A stretch of DNA of 64,000 nucleotides from a bacterium (GTDB taxonomy: Bacteria > Bacteroidota > Bacteroidia > NS11-12g > UBA9320), in the NCBI GenBank assembly GCA_018223105.1, contig JAAEYY010000010.1:34812-98811 (forward strand), read 5' to 3'. Numbering within the stretch: the stretch's first letter is position 1; each line of letters opens with the position of its first letter. The notes beneath the pieces were generated by a model that saw only the letters and a list, made by a program, of their open reading frames with translations, did not search any database and was not told where the DNA came from. Shown piece by piece: positions 9,606-18,159 of this stretch. The translations under genes and the position numbers were made by a program.

Positions 9606-10358
9606 CTATTGCGACTCGTATTCTGAAAACAGACTTTCTGTGTAGTTCAACAAACCCATTTTACCCGGTGCTCCGTGTCCCGGGACCACAATTTCTAAGT
9701 CGGGGTATTCCGATTTGATTTTAGCTATAGTCTTTGGCCAGGCAATGACATCGGCATCTGCCAAGTTTCCTGCACCTGATCCCAAAGATTTTACCATACA
9801 ACCACCGAAAAGTGCGGCTTCAGCAGGAATGTAAGAAACGATATTATCTTCGGTGTGTGCAGGTCCAAAATATTTGTTGATCACCACTTCTTCTCCTACC
9901 CTAAGATTTAGGCTATTGCTAAAAGGGTTTTGAGGTTTAACGCCTTCCGCCTTTGCAACCGTCATTTCATTCGCATAAGAAGGTATTCCGGCATCGTGAA
10001 ACACCTCTAAACTTCCCAGACAATCCACATGGAAATGATTGATTACAATTCCTTTAATGCTAGCTTTCTTCTTTTCTGTAATCCAATGTATCAACAATTT
10101 TGCTGCGACAGAATCTACCGGAGCATCCATGATTAAGGCCTCGCCATTATTGAAATAGACTAGGCCGTTACACGCTACTTTGCCCCATTTCTCAGTTTCT
10201 AAGTAAGAAATATGCATGAAAAGCGATGAATTGAGCTTTAAGGTTTTAAGTTCTTCCCCAATGGTAGAATATCGGGGTCCTGAGCAAGAAATTGCCGAAA
10301 GGATGAATCCCGCAATAAAAAGTCCTGCAAATTTTAAGGTTGAAATTCTTCTAGCCAT
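9606..10358 (-). CDS. bla: Subclass B1 metallo-beta-lactamase (predicted lipoprotein)
   Basis: HFHVDC, GPAHTEDN, FGGCMVK, GNLADA, VPGHG: full B1 zinc ligand set; AISC lipobox. Confidence 0.88.
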   Translation of the reverse strand: MARRISTLKFAGLFIAGFILSAISCSGPRYSTIGEELKTLKLNSSLFMHISYLETEKWGKVACNGLVYFNNGEALIMDAPVDSVAAKLLIHWITEKKKASIKGIVINHFHVDCLGSLEVFHDAGIPSYANEMTVAKAEGVKPQNPFSNSLNLRVGEEVVINKYFGPAHTEDNIVSYIPAEAALFGGCMVKSLGSGAGNLADADVIAWPKTIAKIKSEYPDLEIVVPGHGAPGKMGLLNYTESLFSEYESQ

Positions 10359-10510
10359 CTACTGTCGCAATATTAATTCATTCAAGATGATCAAGCTTTG
10401 AATATTCCAACTTTGGGTCTTTTATAAGATCAAATTTAAGAGTTATCTTTGAATTGTAATGCTTGATCAAGCCTCTTCTCTTTTTAGAGAACGTAATCAA
10501 GTCTAAGATT

Positions 10511-10972
10511 TTAATGAGCTCTCTTTTGGGGGGCTCTTTTCTTTTGTACGCTGTTGATTTGAACTGGTTTTATATACTCAAAAGTATGATATCTAAATAC
10601 TCGGGCAAGATCCGGTTTCTCGCTGGTAGGTCAGATATAATCGCGTGAGATGCCCTCGACCTCGTAGAAAGATCCTATTAGACGTACTCTATTCGAGCAG
10701 CAATAGATTTCTTCTGAGACTTGATACGTTGAAGGACCAGCTTCTATAAAAATACAGGATTCGTCTGTGATTGAATCTTCAATCTGCACACCATTGAGTT
10801 TTGTCGGTTGCCAATTCGCACAAGCGCAAGCCCAGCTAATGTAGCTAACTTCAATAGTGTCGACTTTCTCAGATAAGACGTCCGGATAAGAGTTGAACAA
10901 GCGATCACCCAGCCAACACGAGTTAAAGCTAGTACTTACAATAATGCAGAAAAGCACCCTAATCAGTCCCAT
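10511..10972 (-). pseudogene. Hypothetical lipoprotein interrupted by in-frame TGA at 10631-10633
   Basis: Frame continues past TGA as PTSEKPDLARVFRYHTFEYIKP... to TAA at 10511-10513; WACACANW motif. Confidence 0.6.
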
Positions 10973-11364
10973 TTAGATCGTTTGGAAAGCGCGTATTTTC
11001 CTCCGCCTTTCAAAGCCAATACTACGGCGCCAAAGAAGAATAAGGCTTGAAGTTCTATTGCCCAGGCACCTCCTTTACTCAGTGCAAAAACATCCTCAGC
11101 ATGTGCTAACCACACAGCCACTACCATAGTAAATGCATAAAGAATAGCTGCGAGTCGGGTGCGATAGCCAATGATCATCATAATAGGAGCAATCACTTCG
11201 CCAATGAAAACAGCATATGCTAAAAAGGAAGGCAATCCAACAGAATCAAATTTCTTCTCGATACCGCCTATACCATTGGTTAATTTAGAAATTCCGTGCA
11301 GTAACATCATCCCACCTAAACTGAGACGAAGAATAAGAGACGCAATATCGTGTCTGTTTTTCAT
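10963..11364 (-). CDS. DoxX family membrane protein
   Basis: LILRLSLGGMMLLHGISKL, GYRTRLAA, GGGKYAL. Confidence 0.9.
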   Translation of the reverse strand: MKNRHDIASLILRLSLGGMMLLHGISKLTNGIGGIEKKFDSVGLPSFLAYAVFIGEVIAPIMMIIGYRTRLAAILYAFTMVVAVWLAHAEDVFALSKGGAWAIELQALFFFGAVVLALKGGGKYALSKRSKWD

Positions 11365-11394
11365 ACCTATATTAAAACAAAAGTACGGAAGAAC

Positions 11395-11604
11395 TTAGTC
11401 TTCTAAAACTTCGCAGGTAAAGCCGAGATCGGTGACATGATGTGGGAGCTGAGGATCGATCTGATCTGCTTCAAATCGCAAGATTTTATCGCAATCTTCG
11501 AGGTCAATATTAATTATGGCAAAAGGGTATTTTGTTGAAAGAGCATCAACTACAGTTTGAGCACTTTTCGGATCCTTAATATTGGTTCTAAAAACCTCTA
11601 CCAT
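11395..11604 (-). CDS. Small HMA-like hypothetical protein
   Basis: VEVFRTNI...NIDLEDCDKILR...GFTCEVL, a recurrent Bacteroidota small protein. Confidence 0.7.
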   Translation of the reverse strand: MVEVFRTNIKDPKSAQTVVDALSTKYPFAIINIDLEDCDKILRFEADQIDPQLPHHVTDLGFTCEVLED

Positions 11605-11858
11605 TGTGCTCTAACAAGTTCTGAAATCAAACCTGATCTGAAAGTCTGACTGGGGTGTAACATGAATTTGGTTCTCGCTTTAATTCGGTGTTCAATTTTA
11701 GGCATTTTCTTAAATGCCATTGAAACCTCATTCGGTACAGTTTAAGTTTAAGTCGACCAAAACCATAATGGCCAGCACAAAATTAATAGACATAACAATT
11801 CCATTGCAGGCAATTCATGCATTATAAAGGGCCATTTAGGCCAAAGTGAAAGATGAGA

Positions 11859-12722
11859 TTATCCTAGGTAAGATTTAAGGATCTTGCTTTTTGAAGATTT
11901 TCTCAATCTTCTCAATGCTTTTTCCTTAATCTGACGAACACGCTCTCTGGTTAATCCTACCTTTTCACTGATATCTTCCAGTGTATGAGCAGGACCACCA
12001 TCTAAACCGTAGTAATACCTCAATACATCTCTTTCTTTCTCAGAAAGGGTTGAGATTACACGGTTAATTTCCTTTCTCAAAGACTCTTCCATAAGAGGTT
12101 GATCAGGATTTGGTTCGTCGTTGTTATCCAACACACCCAATAGTGAATTGTCTTCACCTTCTGTTAAAGGAGCATCGATAGAGAGGTGTCTTCCCGAAGA
12201 TTTGAAAGCATTTTCAACTTCAGTAGAGTTTATCTCCAATTCGTTTGCAATTTCTTCAGCAGTTGGTTCACGCTCTTGAGTTTGCTCTAAACGAGCCGCC
12301 GCCGCGCTAATTCTTCCGATAGATCCAACCTTGTTTAGAGGTAGACGTACAATTCTAGACTGATCTGCCAATGCTTGTAAGATAGATTGTCTAATCCACC
12401 AAACAGCATACGAGATAAATTTAAAACCTCTTGTTTCATCAAAACGCTTTGCAGCTTTGATCAAACCTAAGTTTCCTTCATTAATCAGATCGCCTAGGGT
12501 TAAACCTTGATTTTGGTACTGTTTTGATACAGAAACCACGAAACGAAGGTTTGCATTTACTAACTTTTCCAATGCCGCTTGATCGCCCTCTCTAATCCTT
12601 CTCGCTAACTCCACCTCTTCTTGGGCGTCGATCATCGGAACTTTACTAATTTCGTTTAAGTACTTGTCAAGTGACTTGTTTTCACGGTTCGTGAACTGTT
12701 TACTAATTTTTAACTGCCTCAT
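11859..12722 (-). CDS. rpoD: Primary RNA polymerase sigma-70 factor (RpoD/SigA, no region 1.1)
   Basis: [43 protein letters not shown]. Confidence 0.93.
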   Translation of the reverse strand: MRQLKISKQFTNRENKSLDKYLNEISKVPMIDAQEEVELARRIREGDQAALEKLVNANLRFVVSVSKQYQNQGLTLGDLINEGNLGLIKAAKRFDETRGFKFISYAVWWIRQSILQALADQSRIVRLPLNKVGSIGRISAAAARLEQTQEREPTAEEIANELEINSTEVENAFKSSGRHLSIDAPLTEGEDNSLLGVLDNNDEPNPDQPLMEESLRKEINRVISTLSEKERDVLRYYYGLDGGPAHTLEDISEKVGLTRERVRQIKEKALRRLRKSSKSKILKSYLG

Positions 12723-12870
12723 TTAGACTCTATTTCTTGGGTGTTATTATAAGAACCTGCAAAGATAGCATTTTGTTCTATTATCGCGCAAAAATGATGG
12801 AGTTTTGAAGCATATTAACAGAATGGCTTAATTCGCGGCTCTTGCTTACTTTTGCCAACTTCTAAAAAAA

Positions 12871-14328
12871 ATGGATAAAATAAAGATTTCTGTAGCGAAG
12901 GGTGATGGAATTGGTCCTGAGATCATGGACGCCGTAATTTCAATTTTTGAACACTGTAATGTGCCTCTTGAGTATGAGTACATTCAAATGGGAAAATCGG
13001 TTTACGATCAAGGTTACCTTACCGGTATGACCGATGAAGCCAAAGAAAGCGTTGAAAGAACCGGCGTATTGTTCAAGGGTCCGATGGAAACTCCAAAAGG
13101 AGGCGGTGTTAAAAGTATTAACGTAACCGCTAGAAAAACCTGGAATACCCATTCTAACATAAGAAAGTTTAAAACTATAAAAGGAGTGGATACCGTTTTT
13201 AGCAAAGCGGGAATTCCGATTGATATCACCGTTGTTAGAGAAAATATTGAAGATACCTACGGAGGTATTGAGCACTATGTTTCCAAAGACGTTGCGGTAT
13301 CGAGAAGAATTATCTCCAGACCGGGTTCTGAGCAAGTAATTCGTGCCGCTTTTGAAACAGCGTTGAAAGAAGGCTATACCAAAGTTACTTGCGGTCACAA
13401 GGCCAATATCATGAAGCTTACCGATGGAATGTTCCTCGATACTTTTTATGAAATCGCGAAGGAATATCCTCAATTAGAAGCAGATGATGTTATTGTGGAT
13501 GCGCTTTGCATGAAGCTTGTAGTTCAACCGGAAACTTTTCAGCTCGTTGTTTTAACCAACCTTCAGGGCGATATAGTTTCTGACCTTTGCGCCGGATTGG
13601 TAGGTGGATTAGGTTTTGCGCCTTCGGCGAATTTAGGAGATCATATCAAAATCTTTGAAGCTGTTCACGGTACTGCTCCGGATATTGCAGGAAAAGGTTT
13701 AGCAAACCCAACTTCACTTTTATTAAGTGGTGTGATGATGCTAAATTTCCTCGGATTCGAAACTCACGCTGAAAGAATCAGAACTGCTCTTTATACCGTA
13801 ATCGACAATGGAGTTCACACGGGCGACTTTGGAGAAGACCGATCAAAATCAGTGGGAACAAAAGCATTTGCAGACGCAATAATCACAGAATTAGGTGCAT
13901 TTGATTTCACAGATCTCAGCAACACCTATAAACCACCATTGAGTCTTGAAGGAAATAGAATGATGCATTCTAGCACAGAAACTATTGAGACTGTGGGTGT
14001 GGATTTATTTGTGGAGTCTAAATCGAGTCCGAAAGAAATAGCGGATATTGTAAATTCACGTATTTATCCCGATATGGAGCTAACTACCATCACCAACCGT
14101 GGTACACAAGTTTGGCCGAGCGGTTCAGTTTACACCGATTTGGTAGATAACTATGTAGTTCGAATAGAGAAAAAAGGCGGTCCTGAAGTAAAAAAGAAAC
14201 GTTTTATGGAACAGGCTGTTGATTTATTTGATCACCTCAGAGTAAGTGGCATTGAAATGCTCATAACGCTAGATGGCGTGAGAAAATACTCCCTAGGCCA
14301 GGGACAAGGCGAGAAGAAATCTACATGA
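12871..14328 (+). CDS. icd: NADP-dependent isocitrate dehydrogenase
   Basis: GDGIGPEI, KSINVTARK, HKANIMKLTDG, FEAVHGTAPDIAGK, C-terminal extension with ITNRG. Confidence 0.9.
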   Translation: MDKIKISVAKGDGIGPEIMDAVISIFEHCNVPLEYEYIQMGKSVYDQGYLTGMTDEAKESVERTGVLFKGPMETPKGGGVKSINVTARKTWNTHSNIRKFKTIKGVDTVFSKAGIPIDITVVRENIEDTYGGIEHYVSKDVAVSRRIISRPGSEQVIRAAFETALKEGYTKVTCGHKANIMKLTDGMFLDTFYEIAKEYPQLEADDVIVDALCMKLVVQPETFQLVVLTNLQGDIVSDLCAGLVGGLGFAPSANLGDHIKIFEAVHGTAPDIAGKGLANPTSLLLSGVMMLNFLGFETHAERIRTALYTVIDNGVHTGDFGEDRSKSVGTKAFADAIITELGAFDFTDLSNTYKPPLSLEGNRMMHSSTETIETVGVDLFVESKSSPKEIADIVNSRIYPDMELTTITNRGTQVWPSGSVYTDLVDNYVVRIEKKGGPEVKKKRFMEQAVDLFDHLRVSGIEMLITLDGVRKYSLGQGQGEKKST

Positions 14329-15374
14329 GCACATTAGACCAACTCCGTGGATATTTTGAAGGGCGAAAGCTCATCATTCCTATTCTGATAGGACTCGGAG
14401 TTGCAGGTTTTATGTTGGCCCGGGATTTTGATCTCGATGCACTTAAAGATTTTACATGGGGTCCTAAGGCCTATCTCTTTATTTTTTTAGCGATCCTGAT
14501 GATGGTATTCCGAGATTTGGGATACATCATCCGCTTGCGGATACTTTCAGATAAACTGCTTTCTTGGAAACAGAGCTTTCAGCTTACTTTTCTCTGGGAG
14601 TTTGCTTCTGCTATTTCACCCGGTATTATCGGTGGAACAGCAGCGGCATTTATCCTCCTCGCCCAAGAAAAAATTGGTACCGGAAGATCAACGGCAATTG
14701 TATTGGCTACTTCCTTTCTCGATGTATTATTTTATATCATCACCGTACCCTTAATTCTCATTTTTACCGGATTTTCAGAACATATTCCCAATATCGCGCT
14801 AAGCGAAAGCAATATTGAATCGAGCATTTTAAGCACGTACATCATTGTTTCATATAGCATACTTTTTATTTGGGCTGCTGTAGTTTACATCGGCTTATTT
14901 CTTCGTCCCATTCTCATTCGCAATGCAGTAAGATCTATATTTTCAATTCCTTTTTTAAAGCGATGGAAAGACGATGCAAAAGACTGGGGAGATGAAGTTG
15001 TGGTAGCATCTATTGAACTCAAAAAGAAAAAATTCGGCTTTTGGGCTTCCGCATTTGGCGCCACCTTCTTTTCATGGGTAGCGCGTTTTGCAGTGGTGAA
15101 TTTTATCATTTTAGCTCTGGGACCCACAGATGGACACCTAGAAATCATGATACGTCAGTTATTAATGTGGTGTATTCTAATTTTACCGGTTACACCGGGA
15201 GCAAGTGGTTTGGCAGAAGCAATTTTCCCGGCCTTCCTCGGAAGGTATTTCGCCAATGGAACTTTGGCTAGTATCGGAGCATTAATCTGGAGATTGCTGA
15301 GTTACTACCCTTATTTAATTATCGGCTTTGTCTTATTCCCGATCTGGATTAGAAGAATAATAAAAAAGGACTAA
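14325..15374 (+). CDS. Lysylphosphatidylglycerol synthase TM / flippase-like membrane protein
   Basis: Multi-TM; WEFASAISPG, PVTPGASGLAE, WRLLSYY. Confidence 0.85.
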   Translation: MSTLDQLRGYFEGRKLIIPILIGLGVAGFMLARDFDLDALKDFTWGPKAYLFIFLAILMMVFRDLGYIIRLRILSDKLLSWKQSFQLTFLWEFASAISPGIIGGTAAAFILLAQEKIGTGRSTAIVLATSFLDVLFYIITVPLILIFTGFSEHIPNIALSESNIESSILSTYIIVSYSILFIWAAVVYIGLFLRPILIRNAVRSIFSIPFLKRWKDDAKDWGDEVVVASIELKKKKFGFWASAFGATFFSWVARFAVVNFIILALGPTDGHLEIMIRQLLMWCILILPVTPGASGLAEAIFPAFLGRYFANGTLASIGALIWRLLSYYPYLIIGFVLFPIWIRRIIKKD

Positions 15375-15418
15375 TCCGGTTGCGGCTGTTTGCCGGCTTA
15401 CAATAACTTTGCTGCCTC

Positions 15419-16189
15419 ATGAATTATCAAACCATTAGTTCTGAACGAGAGGGTGCCGCTCAAATCATTCGTATTGAGCGTGAATCCAAAATGAATGCAC
15501 TCAATATTCAACTTTTACAAGAAATTGGACAAGAGATTGGCAGATTACAAGACGAATCCGGAATTCGAGGTATTATTATCACCGGAAGTGGAAGTAAGGC
15601 TTTCGCTGCAGGTGCTGATATTGCTGAATTTGCCGAGTTTTCTCCTGAGAAAGCAAAGAAAATGAGTGCTGATGGTCATGCCGTTTTCAACTCCATTGAA
15701 AACAGTAAGATTCCGGTAATTGCGGCAGTAAATGGATACAGTCTCGGTGGAGGTTGCGAATTGGCCATGGCTTGCCATATCAGAATCGCTTCGGATAATG
15801 CGAAATTTGGTCAGCCTGAAGTAAATCTTGGTGTGCCTCCGGGATACGGTGGAACACAGAGACTTGCTCAAATCATAGGAAAAGGTAGAGCATTAGAGCT
15901 TTTAATCTCTGCCAGAACCATTGATGCAGAAACAGCTTTACAATATGGTTTAGTTTCACAAGTGGTTAGTTTTGAGGATTTACTTTCTACTTGTAAAGCG
16001 TATATAGAGAAACTCGTTGCTAAATCTCCTGCTGCAATTGCAGAAGTTATAGCTTGTATGAACGCTTTGTATAGTGATCAAGACGGATTTGATTATGAAA
16101 TAGACAGTTTCTCTAATTCCTTTGGAAGCCCTGATTTTAAAGAAGGAACGAGTGCTTTCGTCGAGAAGCGTAAGCCTGAGTACAAATAA
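15419..16189 (+). CDS. Enoyl-CoA hydratase/isomerase
   Basis: AFAAGADI, GGGCELAMACH, FGQPEVNLG, GGTQRL. Confidence 0.93.
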   Translation: MNYQTISSEREGAAQIIRIERESKMNALNIQLLQEIGQEIGRLQDESGIRGIIITGSGSKAFAAGADIAEFAEFSPEKAKKMSADGHAVFNSIENSKIPVIAAVNGYSLGGGCELAMACHIRIASDNAKFGQPEVNLGVPPGYGGTQRLAQIIGKGRALELLISARTIDAETALQYGLVSQVVSFEDLLSTCKAYIEKLVAKSPAAIAEVIACMNALYSDQDGFDYEIDSFSNSFGSPDFKEGTSAFVEKRKPEYK

Positions 16190-16279
16190 AACCTGACTAA
16201 AAAAAGAGGATTTTCTTTGGCATTGTATTTGATACTTACTGATTGAAATTTAACTTTGAACAAATAAAAATTAATTGAA

Positions 16280-16726
16280 ATGAAACAGATAGTTTTACTT
16301 TTAGCAGTAATAGTTGGCTTAGGGACTATAGGATTTACAAACGCACAGAAGATTGAAATTTCTCAAGATGCGATGTCTAAAATCGAATTTGAGAAGAAAA
16401 CACATGACTTTGGAGAGTTTGAAGAAGGTATTCAAGCTACCACAGTATTTAAATTTAAGAACACAGGTAATGCACCTCTAGTTCTTAACGCGGTAACTCC
16501 TTCATGTGGATGTACTTCACCTTCTTGGACTAAGGAGCCTGTTGCTCCCGGAGAAGAAGGCGAAATTAAAGTAGTATATAACTCAAAAGGACGTCCGGGT
16601 CAGTTCACAAAAACCATCACTGTAAAACACAATGGTGAAGGTGGAACTGTATTCTTGAACATCAGAGGAGTTGTGAAAAAAGCTGAGGTTGCACCAGAAC
16701 CTACAGTTAAATCACCAGAAAACTAA
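16280..16726 (+). CDS. DUF1573 domain secreted protein
   Basis: Signal peptide; HDFG, FKNTGNAPL, PSCGCT, PGEEGEI. Confidence 0.9.
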   Translation: MKQIVLLLAVIVGLGTIGFTNAQKIEISQDAMSKIEFEKKTHDFGEFEEGIQATTVFKFKNTGNAPLVLNAVTPSCGCTSPSWTKEPVAPGEEGEIKVVYNSKGRPGQFTKTITVKHNGEGGTVFLNIRGVVKKAEVAPEPTVKSPEN

Positions 16727-16735
16727 AAAACAGTT

Positions 16736-17650
16736 TTATAAATTATTGAGGAAGCCGGTAATTAAATTATCGGCTTTCTTTTTGACCTTATTTTCTTGCA
16801 TTCCCCACCAACCACTCAAACCGCCGGTATGAATAAAAGTGATAGTAGAACCCGGCTCAAAGTACCCGTAGTCAATCTTGGCGGTTAATCCATACATGGC
16901 TTTTGCAGTATACACCGGGTCGAAGAGTATGCCCGTTTTATCAAAAAGAAACTCTGTAGCTCTAATCAAGGTATCATTAGTTTTAGCGAATCCCCCAAAG
17001 TGATACTCAGTCCATAAGTCAAAGCGATCTGCCCCAACAGCACGTGCTTCTTGTTGGATAAAGTCGCCGCCCTTTAAAGCAGAAACACCAATGGTTTTCC
17101 CTTTAAATCCTTTGCTTAATCCGGCAACACTGGTGCCGGTACCACAGCTAATTACGGCATAGTCGGTATCCAATTCCTCAGCTAGCCTTTTAAGCCCAAT
17201 GGTGCCATCTACGCAATGCCCCCCTTCCGGAATAGTAAGCACTCCGTCTTTGAAAGAGTAGGTTCTGCATTGCTCTTTATAATCAGATCGAGGTATAAAA
17301 ACCAGCTTCATGCCTAGTCTTTCACACGATTTTAGCACATCATTATCTGCACTTAGCTCTTCACCCCGTATGACCCCGGTTACCGGTATTTTGAGATAAT
17401 AACACAGCATCGCAAGCGCAATTAAATGATTAGAATAAGCTCCTCCGAAGCTCACCACAGATTTAGGTTCCGGGTTGTTTTCAAAGATCCCTTCTAATTT
17501 CCGCAACTTATTGCCTGAAATCAAAGGATGAATTAAATCATCCCGCTTCACAAAAACCTGAACTTCTCTTTCGGGGTGCCATATTACCGAGAGTTCTTCA
17601 GTAGGCGTGTTCAGGTTAATATGTTCTTGAAGCTTTTTGCGGATATTCAT
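16736..17650 (-). CDS. ACC deaminase/D-cysteine desulfhydrase family PLP enzyme
   Basis: KRDD..SGNKLRK, FGGAYSNH, DPVYTAK, IHTGG. Confidence 0.9.
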   Translation of the reverse strand: MNIRKKLQEHINLNTPTEELSVIWHPEREVQVFVKRDDLIHPLISGNKLRKLEGIFENNPEPKSVVSFGGAYSNHLIALAMLCYYLKIPVTGVIRGEELSADNDVLKSCERLGMKLVFIPRSDYKEQCRTYSFKDGVLTIPEGGHCVDGTIGLKRLAEELDTDYAVISCGTGTSVAGLSKGFKGKTIGVSALKGGDFIQQEARAVGADRFDLWTEYHFGGFAKTNDTLIRATEFLFDKTGILFDPVYTAKAMYGLTAKIDYGYFEPGSTITFIHTGGLSGWWGMQENKVKKKADNLITGFLNNL

Positions 17651-18126
17651 TCTAATGTTTTAAGGTAGGCCCATACAAGGTCTGGTTCGTAGCCTTTGGT
17701 AATTACAAATCGCGCAGCTTTACTTCTCCTCTCATAGATATTGGCAGCTTTCGCCTTTTCAAAGGCTTTAAAACTGAGCTCTTCCAGTTTCTCCATGTAG
17801 GCATTTTCATCAATTTCTTCCATGCCCTTTTTTATGTTATAAGGGCTGATATCATTGCGAGACAAAACTTGATTAATTTTAATTTTTCCCCAGTTATTAT
17901 GCAAAAACTTCCCTCTACATAGTGCTTGAGCATAACGAGTTTCATTAAGGTAATTCCACTCTATAAGTTGTACCAACATTTCATCTGCTTCCTGGTAAGA
18001 GGCTCCCATTTCTATCATCTTGCTACGCACCTCTTTATGGCAACGCTCACGGTAAGCACAAAACTTCAGGATTCTCTCTTTGCGTTCTGTGCGACTCAAT
18101 TTTTTTGTTCCCGGCTCCATCTGCAT
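17647..18126 (-). CDS. recX: Regulatory protein RecX
   Basis: CAYRERCHKEV, YLNETRYA, WGKIKI, KGYE. Confidence 0.88.
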   Translation of the reverse strand: MQMEPGTKKLSRTERKERILKFCAYRERCHKEVRSKMIEMGASYQEADEMLVQLIEWNYLNETRYAQALCRGKFLHNNWGKIKINQVLSRNDISPYNIKKGMEEIDENAYMEKLEELSFKAFEKAKAANIYERRSKAARFVITKGYEPDLVWAYLKTLE

Positions 18127-18159
18127 GAGAAGTCTGCAATATATCTAATTTTGCATCAA

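Noticed and set aside
11859-12722. Short sigma-70 lacking region 1.1
   Set aside because: Normal form of the Bacteroidota primary sigma factor
12940-13473. 177-aa antisense ORF inside icd, and other antisense or nested ORFs in the track
   Set aside because: Shadows of well-supported genes, with no motifs of their own
17926-18159. 78-codon N-terminal extension of MurF-Alr in the ORF track
   Set aside because: Overlaps recX on the opposite strand; a promoter motif and ATG at 18160 give the normal MurF start
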